A DNA stretch of 64,000 nt from Syntrophales bacterium. GTDB taxonomy: Bacteria > Desulfobacterota > Syntrophia > Syntrophales > JACQWR01. A program made the position numbers and the translations under genes. The stretch is taken from assembly GCA_049302035.1 (NCBI GenBank), contig JBAQLR010000108.1:4886-68885 (forward strand), written 5' to 3'. Shown one piece after another: positions 10,515 to 20,012 of the stretch. How positions within the stretch are numbered: the first letter of the stretch is position 1; each line of letters starts with the position of its first letter. The notes under the pieces were generated by a model. It made no database searches. It saw only the letters and a list, made by a program, of their open reading frames with translations, and was not told where the DNA came from.

Positions 10515-12566
10515 TTATGGTTTTTCTCCTCGCACTAAGCGAAAAATTCCGGTCCCTATAAACCCGATATATGCTGCGGCTGACTCTCCCGCGGCAGGAG
10601 TAATGACACTCATACTCACCTTGGGAATATCCATGGGAACTTGCCGAAACGTTTTTGCGCTGTCTGTACTCATAAAGAGCCCTTCTGTTGCCCCGCCATC
10701 ATAGCGAAGCGTGCCCGCAAAAACCACTCCCGGAGACTGTGAATGAAAAGCTACGCTATATACGGCCATTTGTGGTGATACGGCCACTGGAAGGTGGGCT
10801 TCCTGCCAGCTTTTCCCTTCGTCCCTTGAGACTAAAAGTGTATTTCCATCACACCCCGCCACAATCCTCAATGGCGTTGAAGTATCTATGGCCATGCCAA
10901 ATATGAATCGCTGGTCGGCTGTCACGCGCTGCCAAGAACTTGCGCCATTGGTGGATTTGTAAATACCTCCTGCCTGCGTTCCGGCAAACAAAATTCCCGG
11001 AATTTGTGGATGAACACGCAATGCTCCTGGCCCCTTAATAAAAGGCGTATCCAGCCCACGATTCATCGGAGACCATGATCTCCCCGAATTAGTGGTCTTA
11101 TACACACCATATCCGTTGGTGCCAACATAAATCGTGTCATCGGAAAAAGGGTCCAGTTCCACATTGGTCGCCAAACCATTCACATATCCCTTTTGGGGAA
11201 GGGTTTCTACGGGAACAGAAAACCCGATATCCTTCCAGCTGTTACCTGCGTTCCGGGATTCATAAACATATATTTTCCCCTGTTTCCCCCGGAGGTTTAT
11301 CAGCAGAATCATCCGGGAAGGATCTTTGGGAGATATTTCAATCTCCTGGGCATGGCCTTCCTTGACAACGCCATTCATCGCTCTTCTCCAGTGCGTTCCT
11401 GAATCTTCGGAGACCATCAGGCCGTCGTCCCAGGCGCAAAGATAGAGGGTTTTCGGGTTGCGAGGATGAATTTTCAAGTCATTGACGCAGATGTTTTGCA
11501 GGCCGTAATGCCTTTGATTCCAGTGTTCCCCATTGTCAGGGGACTGCCAGAGATTCCACCAGTCCGTCAAGAAGATGGATTGGGATGTTCCTGGAACAAA
11601 GGCCATCTCTTCGATACCCGTAAAGGTGTTGTACTGAGTGGCGGGTGCTTCGGGATCGAGCTTAAACGAGAGGATGGATTTCCATGTTAATCCGCCATCC
11701 TGGGTTTTGTAAAGCAGATGCGGCCAGCTCTCAGGGTGCGAGCTGATAAATACCAGTTCCGGATTGTTCGGATGGACGAGCAGGGATTTATAGCCCTTGG
11801 GCTTTGGTTGCAGCGAAAACGGTCGCCCCTCCCAGGCGAGGGAGGTCGGATTCCAGCGGAACAGGCCGTTTTGTTTTTCTACCATGTATAGCGAATTGCC
11901 CGAAGAGGCGATATCCGTAATCTCGTCAAAGCCCGGTAAAAGGCCTCGATGTTGTGGTTTCCAGATTTGCCCCTCCAGCCGAAAAACGCCGCGGGACGTT
12001 CCGGCATACATATACCCCTCATACACCGCAAGTCCATTGACCTTGAAACGCTCCAGTCCCGGAACCGGCTGTGGGGAGGTTTTCAGATTGTTCAACGGAA
12101 TTTTGAAAACGCCTTTTGTGTCGGTTCCAATCCACAACGAGTTTCTGGTAAAGAGCAGCAACCTGCTTCCAAAAAATGTTGAAGCAGGGTAAGAGGTTTC
12201 GCCGGATATTCGAAGCCAGACGTCACCCTGATTGAGACTGTAATAGAGACCATCGCCGGTCAGGGCAACAAGTTGATGGGGGGCGGCCGGATTTATGGCG
12301 ATAGCGGCAACGCCAAAGCTTTCCAGTCCCTTTCCTATCAATTCAAAGTGGTTGCCTCCGTCCCGGCTTCTGAATATTCCGGCAACATCCGATCCGACAT
12401 AGACGGTTTTGGGGTTAAATGGATCTATCGCAATACTTGTAAACCGCCCGCCACCGCCATAGCCTGAAGGATACCAAATCAGACGGTTGTCCCCAGTGCT
12501 CGCGCTTACTGAAATCAACACTGAAACCAGGACTGCTGAGAGGATATGGTTCAAACGGTGCGTCAT
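10515..12566 (-). CDS. BNR/Asp-box repeat beta-propeller protein (Ycf48/sortilin/GH74-like), secreted
   Basis: Signal peptide and about 10 Asp-box motifs (SRDGGNHF, TQDGGLTW, SPDNGEHW, SEDSGTHW, SRNAGNSW, TTNSGRSW, STNGASSW, SRDEGKSW and others). Confidence 0.7.
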   Translation of the reverse strand: MTHRLNHILSAVLVSVLISVSASTGDNRLIWYPSGYGGGGRFTSIAIDPFNPKTVYVGSDVAGIFRSRDGGNHFELIGKGLESFGVAAIAINPAAPHQLVALTGDGLYYSLNQGDVWLRISGETSYPASTFFGSRLLLFTRNSLWIGTDTKGVFKIPLNNLKTSPQPVPGLERFKVNGLAVYEGYMYAGTSRGVFRLEGQIWKPQHRGLLPGFDEITDIASSGNSLYMVEKQNGLFRWNPTSLAWEGRPFSLQPKPKGYKSLLVHPNNPELVFISSHPESWPHLLYKTQDGGLTWKSILSFKLDPEAPATQYNTFTGIEEMAFVPGTSQSIFLTDWWNLWQSPDNGEHWNQRHYGLQNICVNDLKIHPRNPKTLYLCAWDDGLMVSEDSGTHWRRAMNGVVKEGHAQEIEISPKDPSRMILLINLRGKQGKIYVYESRNAGNSWKDIGFSVPVETLPQKGYVNGLATNVELDPFSDDTIYVGTNGYGVYKTTNSGRSWSPMNRGLDTPFIKGPGALRVHPQIPGILFAGTQAGGIYKSTNGASSWQRVTADQRFIFGMAIDTSTPLRIVAGCDGNTLLVSRDEGKSWQEAHLPVAVSPQMAVYSVAFHSQSPGVVFAGTLRYDGGATEGLFMSTDSAKTFRQVPMDIPKVSMSVITPAAGESAAAYIGFIGTGIFRLVRGEKP

Positions 12567-13303
12567 TACTCTTTAACTTTCGTCCCTTTTTTTTGTTCCA
12601 GATTGGGTCTCAGACTATTATACACTCGACTACCGTATAGCTGGGCACTGTACAGGACAAACGCTTTTTCCACCTGATCATAGCCTCTCATCCAAACCGT
12701 CCCTGAAACCGAATTTGAATAGATGCGAAGCTTCAGCTGGCCGGCCATGGCTCTGATGAAGGTTGGAAGGGCTACACTTTCAACTAATTTCCTTCCTTCT
12801 GCTCCTGCTGTAGGGGAAACGTGTCGATACAGCTCGGGACTTAAAGAATAAAAATATATATCGACTGGTTTGATAAACGTTCTTTTTATGTCGCAAGTGA
12901 TTTCGTTTGCAATCGCCCTCATTTCTGAACCGTCGCCGGCCCAGTAAAAGCTGTTGACGGAATTTTGCTTGGGAAAACCTTCAATGATAATAAGGTAGGG
13001 ATTGCCGTATTTGTTGCCGGGGACGGGCGCCGTCAGGGTCAACAATGCCTGGGCGCCTGAGAATGTTTCATTCATGACCGTGCCGGAAAGTTTCACCAGG
13101 TACTGCTTCTTTGATGACATCGCGCCATCCAGAAGCGGAATATCTCCAAAATAACCACCCGCATCTTCTTGGGGCGGATCTTTATAGAACGGATCTTTAA
13201 TAGCTAAATCTTTTGCAAAGGAGTATGCAGAAAAGAAACCTGAAGCGAGAAGCAGCAACAACATTCCAATGAAAAAAAAACGTGAAATGCTCTTCACCGT
13301 CAT
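12566..13303 (-). CDS. hypothetical secreted protein
   Basis: The ORF has a good signal peptide when started at 'MTVKSISRFFFIGMLLLLLASG'. Its ATG overlaps the galE stop (TAATG). I recognise no motif. Confidence 0.45.
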   Translation of the reverse strand: MTVKSISRFFFIGMLLLLLASGFFSAYSFAKDLAIKDPFYKDPPQEDAGGYFGDIPLLDGAMSSKKQYLVKLSGTVMNETFSGAQALLTLTAPVPGNKYGNPYLIIIEGFPKQNSVNSFYWAGDGSEMRAIANEITCDIKRTFIKPVDIYFYSLSPELYRHVSPTAGAEGRKLVESVALPTFIRAMAGQLKLRIYSNSVSGTVWMRGYDQVEKAFVLYSAQLYGSRVYNSLRPNLEQKKGTKVKE

Positions 13304-14295
13304 TATGCTCCCCTCTTTTTCGATTGGGATTGTTGCCAATTCCAGGCTGTTAATATCGTTTTCTGAATGTCGCTGAAATCCGGCTTCCAGCCCAGCAGTG
13401 TATAGGCGCGGTCTGCCTTTGCCACTAAAACCGGCGAATCACCAGGGCGCCTGCCGACAAGTCGATAGGCCACCGGTTTCCCCGTAACCTGCTGGACTGC
13501 CTGTATGACCTCCATCACAGAGTTTCCCTGCCCACTCCCCAAGTTGATACAGATATTTTGATGGGATTCGCCAAGATATCTTAAGGCCAGGACATGGGCG
13601 CCGGCCAAATCTTTTACGTGGACATAGTCCCGAATCGCAGTGCCGTCCGCGGTGTCATAATCAGTCCCATAGACTTCCGTGTAATCACGTTGGCCCTGTA
13701 CCGTTTGCAGAAGAAGAGGGATCAAATGGGTTTCGGGATCATGATCCTCGCCGATTTGCCCCTCCGGATCGGCGCCTGCCGCATTAAAATAACGCAGAAT
13801 GGCATACCGAATACCGTAGGCATTCCCGTAGTCTCGGATGATTTGCTCCATCATGAGCTTGCTGCGACCATAGGGGTTGATAGGGTTTTGTGGATGGCTT
13901 TCGGGAATGGGAATCTGCAGCGGCATACCATAAGTTGCACAACTGCTGGAAAAGATGATGTTCTTGCATCCATGTCGTCTCATGGCCTCCAGAAGTGTAA
14001 GCGACCCTGATACATTATTCTGATAATATTTGGCCGGGTGTTCAACTGACTCCCCGACATACGCATAGGCAGCGAAATGAACAACGGCCTTTGGTTGATA
14101 GTCAGAGAAAATTTGATCCAGAACCAGAGAATCGGTAATATCGCCTTCAATTAAAGGCCCCCACTGGACAGCCCAACTGTGACCGTACACCAGATTGTCG
14201 AGAGAGATTGGTAAATAACCCAGCGCAACCAGAGCCTTGCAGGTTTGGCTGCCGATATAGCCTGCGCCTCCCGTGATCAGAACTGTTTCTGCCAT
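13303..14295 (-). CDS. galE: UDP-glucose 4-epimerase
   Basis: 'MAETVLITGGAGYIGS' Rossmann motif and the 'YGRSKLMMEQ' YxxxK catalytic motif. The start is trimmed to the Met at 14295. Confidence 0.85.
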   Translation of the reverse strand: MAETVLITGGAGYIGSQTCKALVALGYLPISLDNLVYGHSWAVQWGPLIEGDITDSLVLDQIFSDYQPKAVVHFAAYAYVGESVEHPAKYYQNNVSGSLTLLEAMRRHGCKNIIFSSSCATYGMPLQIPIPESHPQNPINPYGRSKLMMEQIIRDYGNAYGIRYAILRYFNAAGADPEGQIGEDHDPETHLIPLLLQTVQGQRDYTEVYGTDYDTADGTAIRDYVHVKDLAGAHVLALRYLGESHQNICINLGSGQGNSVMEVIQAVQQVTGKPVAYRLVGRRPGDSPVLVAKADRAYTLLGWKPDFSDIQKTILTAWNWQQSQSKKRGA

Positions 14296-14422
14296 CCTGA
14301 AATCTTCCTTTAATTCTAAGATGTTGCCGGTGCGTTTAATCGCAACTCGCCCGTCGTTGCGCCATGTATGAATAAAAGGCGATTGCTTGTCAAGAAAAAA
14401 ATGAGCACAACGTAGAAAAAGC

Positions 14423-14452
14423 TTGACAACTTTCTTTTTTTGTACATATATG
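14423..14452 (+). promoter_or_regulatory. candidate sigma70-type promoter for the epimerase/export operon
   Basis: TTGACA (14423-14428), 17-18 nt spacer, ATATAT/TATATG, about 195 nt upstream of the ATG at 14648. Confidence 0.3.
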
Positions 14453-14647
14453 GGGCACACTGGAAGAGTTCGGAATTATACGGATGAGTTCTAATGTGAC
14501 GGGATAGGTTAAGATAGTGATCAGCAGAACGTCGAATCGCAGCAGTGAAGGGGTTTTTACCGCATTTACAGGTACTGCAATCGACGCCGCGGATAATGAC
14601 GGAAGCTGTGTGGGTATCGAATTATCTCTATCGTGTTCTAGGGCTAT

Positions 14648-15685
14648 ATGAATAGAAAAAAAACACTTGTAACTGGTGGGGCGGGATTTATCGGTTTTCA
14701 CCTCTCCCAACGATTGCTTGACCGGGGCGATCAGGTATGCGTGATAGACAATATCTGTGACTTTTATGACGTCGGCCTCAAACAGGATCGCTTAAAATTG
14801 CTTGCGCGACGTTCAAACTTCCTTTTCATAAAGGCTGACATCGCGGATAGGAAACTAGTGTCTGACGTTTTTGCGGGCGAGAAATTTGACGTTGTCGTTA
14901 ATCTGGCTGCGCAGCCGGGCGTTAGATACTCACTGGTGAATCCCTATTCTTATATCGACAGCAATATTGCCGGCTTCCTGAATATTCTTGAAGGATGTCG
15001 CCACAACAATATCGGACATTTGGTTTTTGCATCTTCAAGTTCGGTCTATGGCGCAAACACAAAAATGCCTTATTCGGTGCATCATAATGTTGATCATCCG
15101 ACATCGCTCTATGCAGCTTCAAAAAAAGCTAACGAGCTCATGGCGCACTCCTACGCGAGCCTGTATGGGACCCCTGTGACAGGACTTAGGCTATTCACTG
15201 TCTATGGCCCCTGGGGACGTCCGGACATGGCGTATTTTTTGTTCACAAAGGCCATCCTTGCTGGAACGCCGATCCAGGTTTTCAATTACGGTGAGATGAA
15301 AAGGGATTTCACTTATATCGACGATATAGTTGAAGGCATGGTCCGGGTCATTGACCGGGCTCCTCAGCCAAATCCAGACTGGCGTGAAGAAGATCCCGAT
15401 CCCGCATCGAGTTATGCGCCCTTCAGATTATACAACATAGGAAATCATCAGTCCGTTGAGCTGCTGCAAGTCATTAAGATTTTAGAATATTATCTCGACC
15501 GTCCGGCCACAATAAATCTTATGCCCATGCAAGCAGGCGATGTTTTAGCCACTTGTGCAGATGTTAAAGACCTCATGGACGATGTAGGATTTACGCCTCA
15601 CACTCCAATTGATGAAGGAATAAAGAAATTTATAGAATGGTATCGTAGTTATTACGGGCTAAAATCAAACACCATGGTTTTGTGA
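14648..15685 (+). CDS. NAD-dependent nucleotide-sugar epimerase (UDP-glucuronate 4-epimerase-like)
   Basis: 'TGGAGFIGFHL', 'SSSSVYG' and 'YAASKKANE' are SDR-extended motifs. Confidence 0.8.
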   Translation: MNRKKTLVTGGAGFIGFHLSQRLLDRGDQVCVIDNICDFYDVGLKQDRLKLLARRSNFLFIKADIADRKLVSDVFAGEKFDVVVNLAAQPGVRYSLVNPYSYIDSNIAGFLNILEGCRHNNIGHLVFASSSSVYGANTKMPYSVHHNVDHPTSLYAASKKANELMAHSYASLYGTPVTGLRLFTVYGPWGRPDMAYFLFTKAILAGTPIQVFNYGEMKRDFTYIDDIVEGMVRVIDRAPQPNPDWREEDPDPASSYAPFRLYNIGNHQSVELLQVIKILEYYLDRPATINLMPMQAGDVLATCADVKDLMDDVGFTPHTPIDEGIKKFIEWYRSYYGLKSNTMVL

Positions 15686-15705
15686 GTAATATCTAATCGT
15701 TATGG

Positions 15706-15945
15706 ATGGGATATATGAATGGAAATAGATTGAAGGAGCGGCGCATTGCCGAAGGGCTTACGATAACCGAATTGGCACGCTTGTCCAGAATATGCACCAA
15801 AGTCATTAGCCAAACCGAGCGGTTGTTGAATGATCCAACGGCAGTGACGAAGAGAAAAATATTAAATGGCTTAAACGCCGTAAAGAAGCCTGGGGAAAAG
15901 CCCTATGACTTTGAATATATTTTTCCACGTGCCGACAACGATTAG
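15706..15945 (+). CDS. XRE-family helix-turn-helix protein
   Basis: 'LKERRIAEGLTITELARLSRICTKVISQTE' is an HTH_3-like segment. Confidence 0.6.
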   Translation: MGYMNGNRLKERRIAEGLTITELARLSRICTKVISQTERLLNDPTAVTKRKILNGLNAVKKPGEKPYDFEYIFPRADND

Positions 15946-16014
15946 TTTTTTTCGATGTAGCTAGGGAATATTGGCACTGGATAAAATCTGTGGTTCCATG
16001 TTAGGGGAAAAGCA

Positions 16015-17154
16015 ATGGCGTTGTTTGTCGCGCAACAATTTATTAAGCATTACAAGCCTGTCGTGTTAATCATGATTTCGCTGGTATATTTTACATCCTG
16101 CGTGCATTCTCCGGATCTTCCTTCCCAGTTCGACGCCGACATAAATACTGCCGAGGATGTCAAAAGGCTGAAAACATTGGAGACGCAGTTAACCGTCACT
16201 TCGGAAAAGGCCGCGTTAAATCCCGATTATCAGGTGATTGATAATATCGCCGTCCCGTATGTTCCCGAATACAGAATGGGGCCAGGGGATGTGCTGGAGA
16301 TTGTTTACCACCTCAAGTACGAAAAAACCGAGGATGATTATCGTATCGAAGTCCAAGACAGGGTCAGCATCCACCTCCCCTTTTATCCACAATTTAGCAC
16401 ATCGGTTCTGGTTCGATCGGATGGGAAAATTACGGTGCCGCTTCTTGGTGATCTGGCAGCAGAATCCAAGACCCCCATGGAATTGGCAGCGGAATTGGAT
16501 CGGCAATACCAAAAATATCTTACAAAACCAAATGTTGTCGTTGCATTGGAAGCATTTAATGTTAAAATCGACGAGTTGAAAAAAGCCATCACCACGGCCG
16601 CCAGGGGGCAAAGCAAGATCGCCCCAATTGCTCCGGACGGCCGCATTTCCTTCCCGGTGATCGGCGCCATGCAAGTACAGGGGTTAACAGCGGCCCAGGC
16701 GGAAAAGATAATCAACGAAATGTATGCCAAACAGGTTCGCAACCTCAATTGCACCCTTATTCTCCTGGAAATTCATCATCCCAAACTCTACGTTCTTGGT
16801 GAAGTGGAGAGACCAGGAGCTTACGACATTGCCTCCGTGCCCAATGTTATGAATGCGCTGACGCTTGCCGGTGGCTTCAAAAAAAGTGGAGAGTTGGAAG
16901 AAATCGCCGTTTTCCGCAATGAAGGCCTGGAAAGACCGATTTCCTTCAAAGTAAATATCAAAAAAGCTTTAACAACCGGCCTTTCACTGACCAATATCAA
17001 ATTGAAACCGGGGGACATTATATATGTTCCTAAAACCCGGCTTGATGAGCGAAATGATACCTACGAGAAAATCTTCACCAGAGGTATTTGGGCCGTACTG
17101 CCCTTTACCACCGGCTTGAGTGCAGGTTACGACTTGAATCAGGGACCCAGATAA
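16015..17154 (+). CDS. polysaccharide export protein (Wza/EpsE-like; Poly_export + SLBB)
   Basis: 'YRMGPGDVLEI' Poly_export motif, plus 'GEVERPGAYDI' and 'LKPGDIIYVP' SLBB-like motifs. Confidence 0.8.
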   Translation: MALFVAQQFIKHYKPVVLIMISLVYFTSCVHSPDLPSQFDADINTAEDVKRLKTLETQLTVTSEKAALNPDYQVIDNIAVPYVPEYRMGPGDVLEIVYHLKYEKTEDDYRIEVQDRVSIHLPFYPQFSTSVLVRSDGKITVPLLGDLAAESKTPMELAAELDRQYQKYLTKPNVVVALEAFNVKIDELKKAITTAARGQSKIAPIAPDGRISFPVIGAMQVQGLTAAQAEKIINEMYAKQVRNLNCTLILLEIHHPKLYVLGEVERPGAYDIASVPNVMNALTLAGGFKKSGELEEIAVFRNEGLERPISFKVNIKKALTTGLSLTNIKLKPGDIIYVPKTRLDERNDTYEKIFTRGIWAVLPFTTGLSAGYDLNQGPR

Positions 17155-17165
17155 GGCCATTTTTT

Positions 17166-18554
17166 ATGCAAAATATACTTCGAGAGTTTGTTTTTATCCT
17201 CTTTTATCGCTCTCGGTTAATCGTTGTAGTTTTCCTGACGGTTTTCATTTTGTCGGCTGTCTTTGCCGTGACGCTTCCTTCCATTTACCGTTCAACAGCT
17301 AAATTTTCCCTGGTTATTCCGCAAAGCCTTGATCCCCTGCAGCAGGAAAGTTCCGCTGATTACCGAAACAGGGTACGCCGCTTTCTTCAAGATCAGAAAG
17401 AGCTGATTACATCCAACCGGGTGCTGACCAAGGTTGTTAATGAAATATATCCCGGCACCAACCGGCAGTCGGCAATCAGCGCAAAAATCAATGATCTTCT
17501 GGCGAATTTGGATGTTGTACCTCCAGGGGGAGAGTCTGCTGAAAGCTCCAGTGTGTTTATTGTTGAATTTTCCGATCACAGTCCGGCATTTGCTGCCAAA
17601 GTTGCGCAATCCGTCACTGATAACTATCTGGCCACATACCGGGAAATATCTCAGGGCAAGAGCGATTTCTCGCATACTTTTTTTCAGGAGCAAACTCGGA
17701 AACTACAGAAAGACATGGAGGAAAAAGAAAGCAAAGTCCGCGACTTTGAAACCAAGCAAGCATTAGCTCTGCTGGAAATCCTGAATCTGGGGGAAAATAA
17801 AGGAAACGCGGAAGTTGGCCCCAACGCGCTGTTAACTCAGTTTATTGGCAGTTACCATGCGCTTCAAACCGAGTTGGCAGGTCTTCAGGTTTCCATCGGC
17901 TCTATTGAGGGGGAACTCAAGAAGAAGGGAATTCCGATAGTTATGCCGGAAATGGAAGTAGCCGGTCGTTCGATTTCTGTTTTTAAAAGCAAGGTGGCCC
18001 AGCTACAGATTCAGTTGAACGAAATGAAACCACAGTTTAAGGAAAATTTTGAGCCTATGAAACAGGTCGAGCAAGAGCTGAACCTTAGTGTGGACTCCCT
18101 GAAAAATGAGCTGAAAAGATCCATAACCGCACAAAAAATAACTGCGCAAAGCATTAGAGCCAGAATAGGGCAACTCGAAAAGATTATCCGAGGTTTGCAA
18201 GAGCGGATTCAGACCATAGCTCAGGAGAAGGCAACCTATCAGAACCTGTTGCAGCAATTTAACATCGCCAAAGAAGCTTATACCCGTACGCAAGCTCAGA
18301 TGGAGCAGGCCAGAATGGCACAGTCCCTGACTCAGGACAAACAGTTTCTAACCTTGATAGATAAGCCTGCTGTTCCGGTCAGCCCGTATAAGCCTAACCG
18401 CATTATGCTGGTAGTAGGCGGGCTAATCTCCGGAATTTTTCTGGGAATTGCCACCGCTTTAACGGTTGATCATTTTGATCACCGTTTTAAGACCATTTAT
18501 GAAATAGAAACGCAGTTAAAAGTTCCGGTATTGGGGTCAATGCAGAACTTGTAA
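17166..18554 (+). CDS. polysaccharide chain-length determinant (GumC/EpsF/Wzz-like)
   Basis: N-terminal TM, 'YRSTAKFSL', a long coiled-coil, 'PAVPVSPYKPNR' and a C-terminal TM. The start is trimmed to MQNILREF. Confidence 0.75.
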   Translation: MQNILREFVFILFYRSRLIVVVFLTVFILSAVFAVTLPSIYRSTAKFSLVIPQSLDPLQQESSADYRNRVRRFLQDQKELITSNRVLTKVVNEIYPGTNRQSAISAKINDLLANLDVVPPGGESAESSSVFIVEFSDHSPAFAAKVAQSVTDNYLATYREISQGKSDFSHTFFQEQTRKLQKDMEEKESKVRDFETKQALALLEILNLGENKGNAEVGPNALLTQFIGSYHALQTELAGLQVSIGSIEGELKKKGIPIVMPEMEVAGRSISVFKSKVAQLQIQLNEMKPQFKENFEPMKQVEQELNLSVDSLKNELKRSITAQKITAQSIRARIGQLEKIIRGLQERIQTIAQEKATYQNLLQQFNIAKEAYTRTQAQMEQARMAQSLTQDKQFLTLIDKPAVPVSPYKPNRIMLVVGGLISGIFLGIATALTVDHFDHRFKTIYEIETQLKVPVLGSMQNL

Positions 18555-18578
18555 TGCTGTAATGAAAAGGCGGCCTCC

Positions 18579-20012
18579 GTGTACATTCAAGTTGTACTTG
18601 TAATCATCGCTCTGGTAGCCATACTTCTGTGGTTGGTGGGCGGGTATAAACAAACAGGCAATCTGCCAAGCCTGCCGGCAATCCTTCTGGCAGCATGGAT
18701 CATTGCCAGCGCAGTATTCGGTTCCGCTTATTTTGTTTTTAAGCTCGGTCTTTTCGATCTTACCATCGAACGGCTGCTTTTTTCAATGATGCTTCTCTTC
18801 CTGGCGGCAGGCTTGCTGAAGGGAAATGTTCGTTTCCAAACCAACACCACCATCGAGATCGCCATGCTTTCTTTTTCCCTGGTCTGTGTTTTTTCGATGA
18901 TTCAACACGGCTTTGTCCCTGTTACGCAGCGCTTCATATCCCCCTGGTTTGTATTTATCTCTGCTTATCTTTTTCCTTTTTTCGTGTTTGTTTTTGCTAA
19001 GAATTATATCATCAGCGAAAGGGATGTGACGCTCATCCTTAATACGCTGTTTTATTTTGGTATATACCTGTCGATTACGGCCTTTTTCGAACATACAAAT
19101 CTTCGACAGCTTGTTTTTCCCCGCTATATCAATGACTTTGAAATAGGGATACACATAGACCGCGCCAGGGGGCCTTTTCTTAATGCGGCTTTCGATGGGG
19201 TCGGGATTCTGATCGGATTTATCAGTGGACTGCATCTCCTGCAAAGCAAAACAGGTTTTGCCAAAGTCTTTCATCAGGCGGCGCTGTTGCTTTTTTTCCC
19301 GGCTGTTTTTTTTACTCTGACCCGCTCCGTCTATCTGGGTATGTTAATTACGCTGTTTATTTTCCTGGGATGGTACAAGACACCTTTCTCAAAATGGAAA
19401 CTGATTTCACTGCCCCTTGCTGTCGTTCTGATTTTTGGAATCATCAACTCTCCCCGTTTGTTGTCCAAGGAAAGACGTGAAGGCGGCGTAGCTCAAGTCG
19501 AAGAAGTGGAAATCCGCTTGGCATTGCTTAGAAGATCTTTTTTCATGATTAGAGAAGACCCCCTAATGGGGGTCGGATTGGCACAGTTCACGCCTGCAAC
19601 GATGAGTTCGTATAAGGGGCCGATTACTGGTATTGAGGTAGGCGCAGAAGCGACAATTCAACACAGTCATTTAGTGGGTATGACTGCGGAGCTTGGCATT
19701 GTGGGCGTACTACCCTATCTGACCTTGATTATCCTGATTATACGGCAACTGAAGCAATTGGCCGGAAAACTACCTGCTACAGGAATCATGGGAGACAATC
19801 TGCGGGTTACTATCTTGGCTATCTGGTGTGTTTACCTGAATAATAACCTGTTTGTGGAGCCCTCGTCAAGTATTTTTACCAACGCTGTCCCTTTTTTGTT
19901 TGCAGGTCTGGCTGCAGGCCTGTATACCAGATCCGTGGAATCGGCCTTGCTCTCTCCGTCGCCAACAAGGATTTCCCGGTCACCCTTGAGGATGGTAAAT
20001 AGCCATGTATAA
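18579..20012 (+). CDS. O-antigen ligase/polymerase-like membrane protein (Wzy_C type)
   Basis: Polytopic membrane protein with 10 or more TM helices and 'TLTRSVYLGML', a periplasmic-loop pattern typical of the Wzy_C family. Confidence 0.65.
   Translation: MYIQVVLVIIALVAILLWLVGGYKQTGNLPSLPAILLAAWIIASAVFGSAYFVFKLGLFDLTIERLLFSMMLLFLAAGLLKGNVRFQTNTTIEIAMLSFSLVCVFSMIQHGFVPVTQRFISPWFVFISAYLFPFFVFVFAKNYIISERDVTLILNTLFYFGIYLSITAFFEHTNLRQLVFPRYINDFEIGIHIDRARGPFLNAAFDGVGILIGFISGLHLLQSKTGFAKVFHQAALLLFFPAVFFTLTRSVYLGMLITLFIFLGWYKTPFSKWKLISLPLAVVLIFGIINSPRLLSKERREGGVAQVEEVEIRLALLRRSFFMIREDPLMGVGLAQFTPATMSSYKGPITGIEVGAEATIQHSHLVGMTAELGIVGVLPYLTLIILIIRQLKQLAGKLPATGIMGDNLRVTILAIWCVYLNNNLFVEPSSSIFTNAVPFLFAGLAAGLYTRSVESALLSPSPTRISRSPLRMVNSHV

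Noticed and set aside
13303-14460. N-terminal extensions in the ORF track for galE (to 14460), galE2 (to 50446), trpG (to 43849), the GT2 gene (to 5560), the flippase (to 7152) and the chain-length protein (from 17088)
   Set aside because: The conserved N-terminal motifs (for example the Rossmann GxGxxG directly after an internal Met) and the avoidance of overlap with neighbouring genes both favour the shorter starts.
15975-15995. TTGGCACTGGATAAAAT upstream of the Wza-like gene, as a possible sigma-54 (-24/-12) promoter
   Set aside because: The -24 TGGCAC is present, but the -12 position reads AAAAT where TTGC(A/T) is expected. No other TGGCAC-N5-TTGC match was spotted near the NtrC-type regulator.
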